Origin: Octopus sinensis
Lineage: Eukaryota
Reading direction: 5' to 3'
DNA length: 64,000 nucleotides
Assembly (NCBI RefSeq): GCF_006345805.1
Contig: NC_043004.1
Coordinates: 57,102,001-57,166,000 of the forward strand
Each line of letters begins with the position of its first letter. Within the stretch, counting starts at the first letter, position 1. Of the stretch, positions 1 to 13,000 are shown one piece after another. The notes under the pieces were generated by a model that searched no databases, was not told the DNA's origin, and was given only the letters and a program-made list of their open reading frames with translations. The position numbers and the translations under genes were made by a program.

Positions 1-4
1 ATAC

Positions 5-51
<47 letters not shown>

Positions 52-576
52 CGTTTCGATCATATATTTTGTAACGATCTTTGTATTTGTCTGTGCTAAC
101 CTTTTCGTCTGATGAAATGAACACCACATCTTATTTAAATTATGCTTAATAATTACTGAATCATACAAAAGGAGAGGGAATCCACTGTTAAAATAGGTGT
201 CAGAAATAATTAAATTAAAAATATAAATAAAATTTGAGGATTTTTTCCTTACCCTACTTATAATGTATTTAGTTTCTCTGTAAATGTAAGTTCAAATATT
301 GGACCTAATATAAGTGTGTAATTTTATTTACATTTTAGACATTTTGGAAAACAACGTTCATAATCTTCATCGAATATATGACAATTATGAGTGGGACAGG
401 GCTGAATTATTTGCGCTCAGCATACAATATGTATGCGTGTGTGTGTGTTCGTGTATGTGTGTACCCAGAACACCACGCTAATAGCTTAGGAGTGAAATTT
501 AGAATTTCTCGTTTTTGTGAATCGATTTCATATATAGTTGTTCTGAGTGCTCACCATCTGTTTGTACTGGATATAA

Positions 577-1111
577 TATCTGTTATATAAAATCCGTTCT
601 GTCTATGTGTGTCTTCTGGTATCTCGGGCATCCTCCATCCTTTTGCGCTCAAATTTTATATGTAGATACTGACGGTATCAAGACGTGTATAAGTTTTGAA
701 AAAATTACAAAAATCGATTCCAGGTTAGAATACGATCGATAAAGCCATTTTTGTTCTGCTTTTCTTCCGTCAACCGGTACATAACTGCACCTTCCATTTT
801 TTTTTGTTTTTGTACTGCTTAAAGGCACGTTTCTTTCCTGCCAAGCTTAATGTGTTCTCCTAGTCAACAACCTTATCATTACTGGTACATTAAACACTTC
901 GGTTGCATATTTGTGTAAATAAAATCGTTTTTCTTTGGAATAGAAAAAAGTCTATCTTTATTTCTTCTTTTGCTGGTGTCTCAAATTTAAGTTAAATCAG
1001 TGTTTCTCAAAGGGGAGGTCTATGGGACGATCAGAAAAGTTGTTTTGAGAAAATTTGATTTAAATGTTTGACAATTCAGCACCGTCTATTGGGCTAGGGG
1101 TGTTTTGCTCG

Positions 1112-1113
<2 letters not shown>
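577..1113 (-). mobile_element. Decayed Helentron/DINE-1-like non-autonomous element
   Basis: The minus strand begins TATACGAGCAAAACACCCCTAGCCC, similar to the TATACTAG start of the copies at 17134 and 36773. The other end has an AAAATTTGAGCG / GACACACATAGACAG / TTATATA-like 3' region. Family assignment is by resemblance. Confidence 0.4.
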
Positions 1114-1178
<65 letters not shown>

Positions 1179-1704
1179 CTTTGTTTTAGATAGAATGTTT
1201 CTTTAGGACGTCACCAACAGTAAACAACATGAAATACGAAAACAAATGAGTTCAATACGCAAACGAGAGAACAAGTAGAAAACAATTACAAAGTAAGGTG
1301 ATTAAAATCAAAATAAGCAACAAGAGATAATGCAGTACGATCGTTTCATGCAGCCCCATTTAATTGAACAATAAATATATAAATATATGTGTGTATTTCT
1401 CCTTTGTTAACAATTAAGACGGAAAAATAGATAAATAGTTACCAGGGTAACAAAAAATCTCACAAGCAAAAAGGTTGTAACCTCTTATTTTTAAAGGTAG
1501 AAACATCGGGTAGAAAAATGCAAAGGACATGTCTACTAAACATTAAATATTCACATTATAACAATTTATAAATAATTTGAATGCATAATTTCAGACTCAA
1601 AATAATTTTAATTATTATAAGAGTGACTATTTCTGTCATTTCTCTGTACATATATATATGTGTAAGTATGTGTGTGCGAGTCTGTGTGCCTGTGTGTGTG
1701 TGTT

Positions 1705-1752
<48 letters not shown>

Positions 1753-1844
1753 AATGAGGGTGAAAAATCGATATTAATTTAATAATACCATTAATTTAAC
1801 ACCAAGTGGCTTAGCACAAAAAACTACGGAGAAAATACAAATTT

Positions 1845-2058
1845 ATACATAAATTATTAGAGAGTTATCCACTATGTGGATAACTCTAGTGCTAAAAATA
1901 GCTCCGAAGCAACCACAGAAGATCTGTTTCCAACTAGAATCAACATACATTTATGTATGTTGATTCTAGTTGGAAACGGATCTTCTGTGGTTGCTTCGGA
2001 GCTATTTTTAGCACTAGAGTTATCCACATAGTGGATAACTCTCTAATAATTTATGTAT
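1845..2058. repeat. Near-perfect 214-bp palindrome (106-bp arms, 2-nt TT centre at 1951-1952)
   Basis: The arms are reverse complements with one mismatch seen (gatctgtttcc vs gatccgtttcc). Each arm holds a nested hairpin, AGAGTTATCCAC-tat-GTGGATAACTCT. Confidence 0.95.
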
Positions 2059-3642
2059 ATATATATATATATATATATACAACATCTGTATATATTATAT
2101 ATGTATTTCCGTACGTGTGTATATATACACTATACGGAAGCAAATTGATCGTATTTACACATGCAGTAAGAGTTCATTGACCATGAATGAAAATAGGATT
2201 ACATCACCAGTACTAAATTTTAATGCTAGACCATGAATTACGTCGCTGGTATTCTTCACCATATAATGGCCTTACTATTACCTTTTGCTATGTCGGAAAT
2301 TTTGAGGGCATTTCCTACAGAAGATAAACAGTGATAATAATTTCCTTTTAAGTCCTATTATAGAATATATATATCATTGCAAAGTGATTCTTAGATATGT
2401 CTAACCCATAAATAGACAGTCAAAATATAAAAGAAATGTCATTATCCTATCAATAACGCTGGCTAGACGGAAGTCCGTTTAACAGTTTGCATTATCTGAG
2501 AATAAATATATCTTTTAGTTTTATGATGAAGTAACGCAGAGTAGTGCAAAGTGAGTTTGATGAATGATACAACTCCTTGTCTGAAAATAGCACTTCTTCT
2601 TTGCTTACTTGATAATGAATCGATTTATGTAGAATACAAACTATAACTTTGAAAATATAATTCCAACATTTTTATTTAATCTAGACCTGTTCTAAAATCA
2701 ATAATAAAGTGTAATCTTACAATTATATTCATTCAATAAAAACATTCTCAGAATTTCTGTAAATTCATTCTATTTCGCTTTTCTAAACGGCGACTAAAAC
2801 CAGAAACATTTTTGTAAGAAGCGTTTAGAGATAATTAACTGTAGTCCATGTCGTTGACGATGGATATATTACTGGGTTTAAATTTACCACCTAATAATAA
2901 TGAAAGTTAAATCATTTAGATTAATTCATTTCCACAAATATTTTTCGTGGAAAAAATGTTGGCTAATCTAACCTTCGTTCATGTGTGGCTGGAATAGAAT
3001 TGTGTTTTTCCCAGATGTATATAAAAATATGTTTTATGCTTTAATGTACAATTAAGGTTTTCATTTCGCAACATAATAGTTCCACATTTATTTCAACTAA
3101 GGGGCAAACTGGGAAGTCTTCTATTGTTTTGGTCACACCATGAGAATTTAGTTTGCTAGACAGTATATCTACAAGAGCACGTTCTGTCTGTGCATTTGTT
3201 TGTGTGGCGTGTGTGTGTGTGTCTGTGTCTGTGTGTGCGTGCGCGCGCATTTGTTTTTGTGTTTGTGGGTATCATTTGCTTTCTTATATAAATACAAACA
3301 TTTTTGTAAGTGAGAGGCTAGACGATACCATAGATAACAGTACGTAACTGGTACTTTATTTCATCAGCTCCGAAAGGATGGTAGGCAAAATTGACTTCAG
3401 TAACATTTTAACTTATAACCTGAACAAATAAGGCAACATATTTTTCCGAGGCACTAACGATTCCAGCTCGTTACCACGTGTGTGATCGTGCGAGTTCGAA
3501 GTGACGGGCCGTTAAGCATTTGGATTATGCTATTCGTTTTGATTTCCAACGTATTGATTTCAAATCCGCAGTGGTAAATGAGCCTTTCATTTTCTGTGCG
3601 TATCTATAGGTATGGTTATGTGTGAGCATCTATATCTCTGTT

Positions 3643-3875
3643 CGGCGAGCTGGCAGAAACGTTAGCAGGCCGGGCGAAATGCGTAGCCGTATTTCGTCTG
3701 TCGTTACGTTGTGAGTTCATATTCCGCCGAGGTCGACTTTGCCTTTCATCCTTTCGAGGTCGATAAATTAAGTAGCAGTTACGCACTGGAGTCGATGTAA
3801 TCGATTTAATCCATTTGTCTGTCCTTGTTTGTCCCCTCTATGTTTAGCCTCTTGTGGGCAATAAAGAAATATATA
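3643..3875 (+). mobile_element. SINE family B (tRNA-like head GGCGAGCTGGCAGAAACGTTAGC; GTCGACTTTGCCTTTCATCCTTTCG core)
   Basis: A/B-box-like head, with many homologous copies elsewhere in the window. Confidence 0.85.
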
Positions 3876-5686
3876 TCTCTGTTCTTGTGTTTGTTTCGCT
3901 GAAGCAAGAAATGTTGCACCAATATTACGCTAAATATTATAAACACATTCAAAATTATAAATTGGTGAAATATACGGAATATTCGAATAATTAATGGGTG
4001 TAGTATTATGGACAAAATGCTTCTGAAAGTGATACGCAGCCTGGTCGCAGACAAATAATTAAACACAGATAATAATAAAAGATTTTAATATTTTTCAAAG
4101 CTTTTGCAAGCTCTTTTTCTAGTTATGTCATACATAATTGAAACACATTATTATTACGTCACAATTCCATCATCACTTTCTTTGCTGACTGAAGTAGTTC
4201 AAACACGATATTTTTTTTAGCTGCCGTTTTATCTGAATATTAGGAAGAACTATGTCTATCCCACTGGATGCTTACCCACAACACTTTAACATCTAATTTG
4301 AAGCCAGAACGAGTGGCTGACTATTTTCAAAAAACATATGACAGAATGAATAGAAAGTTTAAACTGTAAGCTAAATTTCTTTAATTTTTTGATTATCAGT
4401 AAGACATATTTCTGTCTCCTTTTCCTTTATCTGTTGCCTTTGGATTTTTTGATCCCTTAAATGCGAGTCGAAACGATATAGTTAAGTATAGATATATCTC
4501 GTGATATTGCCGGCAATTATGTTTTTACAAATATCGTCTAGATAAATATGTTCTCTGACAGTGTTTGTTATAATTCAACTATATAATAATGAACAACAGT
4601 ATGGGTTTCACGATTTTTCTATTAAAATTTAGTGATTAATTTAATTGCACTGAACGATAATCGTACGATCAATTGACTGTCATTTATCTGTGGTTAACTG
4701 TATCTCATATATTATTAACGCGTGAAAAATTCATATCCCTTGCTGCATGGATCTGGTGATTCGAAAAAGGGTTAAATTTGTCATCACCTTTAAGATTCTT
4801 GTTACCAGAAAATGTGAGATAATTTGAAATTATGTAGCTTTTTGCTACTTTCGGATAAATGTCACACTGCCAACTCCTGACATTTTAGATATGTCGATGC
4901 CCACTATTGTGAGTTTCATTTCAGAAATTCGAGAAATAAAACGATAAAAAATAACGTTATGCAAATAGATAATACATTCTCTACATTTTCATCTCCATTT
5001 TTCCATGCGGAAATGTCAATACTGCACCTAATATAGGGATTACTTTGCTCAGCATATTTAGATATTGCAGTTAAAGGGAGAACAGTTTGCTGAATGAACT
5101 GACAATTGATGTTTATTTCTATGAATATGCTACTAATACCCGTAATATTAAAACGAGGTGAGCACTGTTAATACAAGTTAATTTTTGAATAGTCATAACG
5201 TACGAAGCTGGAATTAAAACATTGAGATGCATCAACTACCTTCGGGTCTACACGGCTCTCAAAGCATACGGAATTGCATCGAAATTACGACCTTTTGAAA
5301 GCTAACGCTGTGATCTAAAATATTCAGCTGTACACTTCAGTCTGTGAGCAAGGATATAAGAATTTACATCCTGTTAATGTCTCGATATATCATGGCAAAC
5401 TGTATTTTAACGTCGGTGCCTGCAAGCAAAGCCTAATCGTGGTAAAAGCATCACTGTATCTTTGGAAACAATGTAAATTTGAAATTTATCCCATAAGTTA
5501 ATTTCAGGAGACTAAATCTATGAAATTATTTTCTAAAAATAATTCACTTACTCGAAACAATTTTTATTTCACTACTTCCCTTCATCTCACATCTTTTAGG
5601 ATGGTCAATTCCCTAAACTCAGATCAACCATTTTAACTTATATGATTTAAAACTATATATTATATATATATATAGCTATACATGCA

Positions 5687-5740
<54 letters not shown>

Positions 5741-5745
5741 TATAC

Positions 5746-5999
5746 CGGAGTAAACACATAAATGTGAAACAAGTTGGAAAAAAGAGTACTCAAATACCAG
5801 TGGTAGAGTAATATGCTTTATTTAAAGCAGCAGAAAATTCAACAAAATCTGTTAATCTGAGTTTCTCGTTGCCGTTGATCAGACAGTTTTTGCTAGAATG
5901 GAACCGATATATCAATTCAATCTAGACTCTTACAAACGCTACACCTTTAAAAAAAAAAGGTAACAGATTTTGTTGAATTTTTTGCTGCTTTAAATAAAG
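5746..5999. mobile_element. Foldback element with ~39-bp inverted repeats and a decayed hammerhead in the spacer
   Basis: CTTTATTTAAAGCAGCAGAAAATTCAACAAAATCTGTTA (~5816-5854) and its reverse complement (~5961-5999), flanked by (AT)n. Confidence 0.8.
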
Positions 6000-6004
6000 T
6001 ATAT

Positions 6005-6042
<38 letters not shown>

Positions 6043-6184
6043 CTCAATATAAAATAGTGTACAACTAAACACAAAAGAAAACTACCTTTAACAGGTAATG
6101 TTTACACGCTAGAAGAATCAGTCAAATCGACCAAAACCACAATTAGTAGCAATGTTCAAAGGGAATTAAAAATTGTTATTTTTT

Positions 6185-6256
6185 GCGGTTATACCTAAGT
6201 TTCAAATTTCTTTAGCAAATAAAATAATTTGCCAGGCGAATTCTCATCAGTAAACG
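6185..6256 (-). ncRNA. Type I hammerhead ribozyme candidate, core intact
   Basis: Minus strand reads cgttta-CUGAUGA-gaatt...aattt-GAAAC-uuag-GUA-uaaccg. Stem I is 3 bp + mismatch + 2 bp. Stem II opens with G.U and has an inner hairpin uggcaaau/auuugcua. Confidence 0.65.
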
Positions 6257-6599
6257 TGCCTTAACAACTAACTTATAATTCAGAGACAAATAACACGTCA
6301 TCATTATATGTTATAATTTTTCAAATTTCAACACTCAAGCGCAGTTTCAGTCGGAAGTTAATGGATAATGCCGAGCTGATTCTTTGAAAATGCTAAGATC
6401 ATATTCGTAAGATACATACATAGGATAGCGAATATTTTTAGAAATATTACTACCAGTAACCTAGCAAGTATAAATAGTCAATAGACAACATATTTTCGAT
6501 ATAAAATAGTGTATATTTAAACACACAAGAAAACTACATGTTATATATATATATATATAGTGTGTGTGTGTGTGTATGCGTGTATGTGAGTGTGTGTTT

Positions 6600-6745
6600 G
6601 TGTTTACACCTCCGTAACTTGGTGGTTCGAGAAAAGATTCCGATAGAATAAGCATTACACTTAACAAGAATAAGTCCTGGGGTCGGTCTGTTCGACTAAA
6701 GGCAGTGCTCCGGTATGACCGCAGTCAAATGACTGAAACAAGTAA

Positions 6746-6748
<3 letters not shown>
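6600..6748 (+). mobile_element. SINE family A, 3' half
   Basis: Ends with the family tail GCAGTCAAATGACTGAAACAAGTAAAA. Confidence 0.8.
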
Positions 6749-6790
<42 letters not shown>

Positions 6791-6809
6791 AATATTTCTA
6801 AGTCTCTCT

Positions 6810-7100
6810 AAAGGAGACTACGCCAGCGGTACTGGAAATTAACAGTTATCGCCAAGCTAATATGGCAGTCCATAAATATAAGACTAAAGCTGCCGCTGAT
6901 TAGCTCCAAGAGGTCATCGCCTCTAGCTAGCTATATGTCACCCGAACCTGTGTCCATTATAACCTTCGAACAGGGGAGCTCAGCCGCTTCCCCTTACTGG
7001 TCAGACATCTGCAGACATGTTTCAGGGTATTGACCCATTATCAATGCAGAGTAGCCAGATCCAGCATGCGTCGCTGTCGACCGTCTGCTCGAAGCATTAT
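6810..7100 (-). mobile_element. Penelope-like repeat fragment with decayed minimal hammerhead (7008-7050)
   Basis: Minus strand reads TCTGCA-ttgataa-tgggtcaataccct-GAAACATGTC-TGCAGA: perfect 6-bp stem I, palindromic stem III, core mutated at C3 and G8. Confidence 0.5.
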
Positions 7101-9630
7101 TTACCTAGTTTCAGTGGAATATATATATATCTGTACTATGAATTCCTATGTGTAATGTATGTAATAGATATACAAGCAAGGCATATTTAACTAGTTTTAG
7201 TGGAATTTTGAAACCTATTGGGCCCTCATCAGACTTATCTACATCACTTCAACAATTGTAGAATAAATAATAAACAGATTCGCAATAAACATATTAAGCG
7301 GCGGAAGTTGCAGTTCAGGTCTTTTGCAGCAGCGGCCAAAAATCTTGTGTAAGTTTCCATGAGGGTAATCTTAAAATCTTAGTCTTACCTGTTGGCAGAA
7401 AAGTTGCATTAAGCAGTGTCACTAAAACCCTAGGAAAGATAACTAGGAAGCAAATAATTCCTCGATGTTTTTTGGTGAAAATCCTGTGCGTGGAAACCGT
7501 GACGTACGCTAAAGTGAAAACCAAATTTTGATGTAGGAATAAATACAAAAATTTACTTCATTTTAACAGATTTCTGTGTCCTAACACACGGGAAGTGTTT
7601 CAAAAAACATTTGAGAAGCTGGTCTCTTGTATACCGCCCGAACTATAGGAATAGAAGTTAATATTTTTAAGTATAGCACATGAAAAAAGAGCAGAGTACA
7701 TCTATAATGATACGCGATGTATTTTCTTTTACATTTCAGTGCTTTCAATCATTGGATTAAGTACATGCTGGGCACCACAGCAGAGTTAATCGCTCACCAG
7801 TACTCGTTTGGACGTATAGCAATTATTCTGTTTCTGTTTTGCTGAATGGCTTGGTAAACAAACCAACACCGGCGGTCAAACTATGCAGTGGTAAAGAAAT
7901 ACATACACAGACACTCATTTACGTATATCACACGTTTTCACATTGTTTCCTTCTGTCAAACTCACCTGCAAGGTATTGGTCAGTCCTGGACAGCAACGGA
8001 ACAGACTTTCTCGAATGAAAACATTTTGAGTCCAAAAATAGTATCCCGATCACTGATATGGCTATTTTGTAAATTAACAATCACATTTCTTACTCGGCAA
8101 TAAAATTTATATTTCATATCACATCAATATATCTCTTAATATTTTTATAATAGGAACTCGTGATCTTCATATCAGCAGAACATTAGGAATATCAATGAAA
8201 ATAGTCAACTCGGGTTATATGGTGTCAGTCAAAAACTTTATTTCAGCGAAATCTTTAAGCTTAACAAAAGCAATGCAATATCAGCAAGAAATCTATCAAC
8301 TATGATGTCATAACATTAGCAGTATCACAAAGAGTTTAACAAAACATTCAATAACCTATGAAATAGACATTTTCTTTTAATGCTAGTGCTTACGCTGTTT
8401 GTGGAAAGCCATTCTAAGAAGAAAGATATTGTCGATATGTCGTGCTAAATATATCGTATACAGCCGGTGACTTGTAATATAAACAACGGTAAGCTGCGTT
8501 AGATTAGAACATAGTGCAGTTGAGTAGATCAGAGCAAATATTTCGTCGTCTCGTCATTGATTTTAACTTCCTTTGAACAACAAATATTCACAGAATGTTG
8601 GTTGCGCAAATATCAAACGTGCCAGCCTTTTGTTCAAATCTTTGCAATTGTTACTCACCGCTTTAGGATTTTCATTTTATTTTTGAAACTAACTTCATTC
8701 TTGTACGTCTGGCACTGGCATGGTCATATGGTTAGACATTGCGCTTCGCAGATATGTATTTATACGTTCAGCATTCCTGTTCAGCACCTTGGATAAATGC
8801 CTTCTACTATAGTTCTATGATGATTAATGCTTTCTCAGTGAAATTATGTCATGTATCTATACATATAATTTTACATCATCACTGCGCGCAGGAAAAATGT
8901 CATCGTTTGAATTAGATGACCACGTTACAACTCCATTGCACAACATCTATGCTTAATATTTTATACAATTGTGTCGGATTAACAAACACACACACGCATA
9001 TATATATACATATATACGACGGGCTTCTTTCAGTTTCCGTCTACCAAATCCACTCACACACGATGTGTTCTTGATTTGTTCTCGGACGAAACAGAATGCT
9101 TATTGTTGGTCTCTTTTTTTTAATGAACTTATTCACTCTGATTTTTCATAGTTCGTATTGAATACGGAATGCTGCTAGTTTCCTTCTCTTTATGAGATCT
9201 CCTGAAATTTAGCTCCCGTTGGTCCTAATTATACGGCCGCTTAGTAATACACTTTTCATTACGTGTTATGACGACCAAAAGTAAAAGACTAAAAGTTAAA
9301 CATATCTGCTGTTGTGTGTACTCATTATATATATCTCGCTATTATCTTAGTCTTCAATTTATAATTTCAGCCTACAACTCGGTACACTTGGAAACAAATA
9401 GTTGAAGATTGAAATCTTTCAAAGAAAAACACTTTCTTACGCAACATCTATATTTGAATTTTAAAATGCGTACTTAGTGGAACCCTAAACGTGATTTTCC
9501 TTCTTTGTGAGAGAAAAATTCTGTTTTGTGAGATATTTTTCCTTCAAAACTATTGCACACTTGAATAATCACAATTTAAATACCATTAGAAAGTTCTTAA
9601 GTAAATATTTATAAGCAAATATTTGCAGAT

Positions 9631-10041
9631 AGGCGCAGGAGTGGCTGTATGGTAAGTAGCTTGCTAACCAACCGCATGGTTCCGGGTTCTGTTCCACTGC
9701 GTGGCATTTTGGGCAAGTGTCTTCTGCTATAGCCTCGGGCCGACCAATGCCTTCTGGGTGGATTTGGTAGACGGAAGCTGAAAGAAGCATGTCGTATATA
9801 TGTATATATATATATATATGTGTGTGTATATATGTTTGTGCGTATGTTTGTCCCCTAGCATTGCTTGACAACCGATGCTGGTGTGTTTATGTCCCCGTCA
9901 CTTTGCGGTTCGGCAAAAGAGACCGATAGAATAAATACTGGGCTTACAAAGAATAATTCCCGGGGTCGATTTGCTCGACTAAAGGCGGTGCTCTCGCATG
10001 GCCACTGTCCAAATGACTGAAACAAGTAAAAGAGTAAAGAG
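9631..10041 (+). mobile_element. SINE family A, full length (tRNA head, CORE-like CCTTGGGCAAGT, internal (AT)/(GT) tract, LINE-like tail)
   Basis: Runs AGGCGCAGGAGTGGCTGTATGGTAAG...GGTTCCGGGTTC...AAATGACTGAAACAAGTAAAAGAG; near-identical copies at 37348, 44181 and 51796. Confidence 0.9.
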
Positions 10042-13000
10042 TATCAAGAATCTTTAACAATAAATATAATATAACGTAAGGATAAAAAGCTATGTTGTAT
10101 TCCTTGTATTGAAGTGAAACAAAAGATAATGAGTGCGCTTTTAAACTTGCACTGAATCGTTCTGTTAACTTTGCTTTTCTGTTGCTTAATTGTCTAAGGA
10201 ATGATGTTTAACAGTCTGATATAGAGCTATATGGCTTTAATCAATGTTAAGTACCTACTGGTTCTTCTGCAATATCTTTCTCATTAATATTTATTTCAAT
10301 ATTCTGAGGTAGGAACTCAGTAATATTCTATAAAAGAAACATTTCCAACATTCCACATAGAAAATGAATATTTTTGCATATTTGCAGATAGCGGATATAT
10401 ATGAGCAAGGTTTAACAGGAACTAATATCTTCAGTGACTGATTGAAGAGATAAATGGAAATTATTTATTGATTCTTTACTTAGGAATGTGAGATGTATTA
10501 CTGCTTAATGAACCTATTGTATATTCGAAATGCATAAGGAAAAATGAAAACAACGGGCATATTCACTGGCTATATATTAAACGATAATTGGAATCAATGT
10601 CAGTATGCCATGCATTTCATGATTAGGCTTGTTATTTCAGGTAAATTTAAAATGTCCAGTATACAAACTCCATAATAATGTGCAGTTCAGTGATTGTTAT
10701 CGTATTATTTAATTTTGTGAATTCGAAACGTCAAATTGCTTGAAAAGACATTAGTAATTTGAACTGTCTTTACTTTGGTAATTTCAACTGTTATGAATAT
10801 TCTTTTAAAATATTTGTTAGCTGAAGACAATCTAACTACATCCTATATTAAAATTTTAAGCATAAATGTAACTTCATTTCAGAAAAGATGCAGTCTACTT
10901 ATATTTAATATAGACAGGCCCAGTTTACTATAATTGCTTATAAGAACTTCATTTTCTGCAAAATTTCATATTATACATTTTTATTTTACTTACAGACTGA
11001 ATAAAGACAATTACACAATGTTAAAATAAGTTATCAAGGACAAATATATATATATATTTTTAAGTCAATACCAGAAAATGCCAAGTTTATATAAAATACA
11101 TTATTATTTATAAACCATCAGAAATCAAGCCCAAAGTTCATTGAATGTTAAAACTGAAAAGAGCTTTTAGAATGAAAGCTATTTGGGTTAGCTGTGAAAC
11201 AACTCATTCTTCATCCATTTAGCTGGAAGTAGACAAACAGCATGTTTTAGCGAAATACAGGCATCTATTATACCATGTCCTATAGAGCAAATGTAATTCA
11301 ATTGAAATTTCTTACTCATGCTGTTTAAGTGCTTTTCTATTTTGCATACTGCAAACAAAATTTAAAAGGCGAGTGTCCTTATAGACATGTGAAAATGGTG
11401 AGTAATGTTCACAACTATTTGTCAAAAATTCGGATCTCCATTGTACCTAATACTGAACTGTATCACCGTTAATATTGTGGCATATAGGTAATTCGTCGTA
11501 GAGGTGAACGCTTAAAATTTACTTGGAAATTTCGTGCACTAACTTCCTGTCCTGCTAAAGTCACATTCTTACGCTGGGCGAAGAAATATTACAGGATATT
11601 AAGTTTATAAAACATCTAAGATTATATACATTATTCTTGTATACAATGTCTAATTTTATACTAGAATGCTGCAAAAACGATTTATCAAAGTATTATGAAT
11701 GCCTGAGTATTATACTTATATTCTTTAAACACATTCGTTGCAAATCCAACTGGTGTATAATTATGGAGTGAATCACAACAGAACCCATTAAAATATGATA
11801 ATTATGGACATTTTATTTACCATTTATAGTACTTCATGCATGTTTCTGTATTGACATTCTAATCATAGTTTGCTATAAACTTCATGAGTTTATTCTGACA
11901 AACATTTTATCGATTAGAATAGATAACGACGAATTTATTTGAAAGATAATTGCTAATACGTGTATATGAATTCAGATGAACTTTAATTTTGAATATTACA
12001 AGGTATTAAAAAATTCTAAAGTTTAATAAACATTTAAAGTGATCAATTGATACTAAATTAAGTTTGATATAAATTTTGATGATATTAATTAAAAGATCAA
12101 AAATACATTTAAGATATTCTAAAGAAATTACGTTATCCGGTTCGTAGGATAACGCAGAATTGAATGATAAAGGTAATATCAGACAACAGCATTCGTATAT
12201 AAAATACCGAAAATTCCTTCAACTTGTGTTATTCGAATTAGTGGAAGTATATTGTTATAGTAATCTTTTCGGGGACTCGGCTACTTCCTTTTTGTTACCT
12301 TGAAAGTTTGCGTTGAATTAAGAAAGAACATACTGCTTTTCCAGTCATGTATATAACTCAAGTGTCATGCTGTTTCAGGAATCAATAATTTTCAGTAACT
12401 TCACTGTGGTTTGGCAAGTACAATACAATACGTCGTATCGCTCACCATTCGATATAAATCTATATTACTGTATCTATTAATGCCTCATTCATTAAGTTAA
12501 AATTTCCCAAACTGAAATGAAATACAAACTGTAGATATGAGTAACATAACATCTTGTGTCTTATCTGCACTTCAATGGTTCCTAGTCATAAGAAAACTAT
12601 ATTAGCATAATGCGTTTATATCTGTCATTAGGTATGTTGGTTACAATATTATGTCTAACTTTGTTAATAGATTTTCAAAGCAATAAATACGGCCATAAAT
12701 CTCTTAGAAAATGTATTTCTCGGGATTCTACAAGAAATACATTTTATATATTATGTATCATTTTCTCTGCATAGATGGACCCATAAAATACGTCTGCAAA
12801 TACAACCATTAATTTGATTGCAGATAACATTATAACACATTATACTTAATGCAGAGAAATCTTCTAGTATTTCAAATATATCGGCAGATTTCTTGAGTAA
12901 ATCTAACAATCAAAATAGCTGAAGAACCAAAGATCAGTTTTGATACATTGAATTGATAAATTTCCTATTGTTTCTACGTAGGGAAAGAGACTATACCGAT

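Noticed and set aside
108-130. CTGATGA/CTGAAGA/CTGACGA hits (also ~18685, ~25105, ~53650, ~62905)
   Set aside because: No downstream stem II + GAAA + NUH arrangement could be built, so they were not called hammerheads.
9631-9700. tRNA-like sequences at SINE heads
   Set aside because: A/B boxes are present, but they continue into SINE bodies and no complete cloverleaf is evident.
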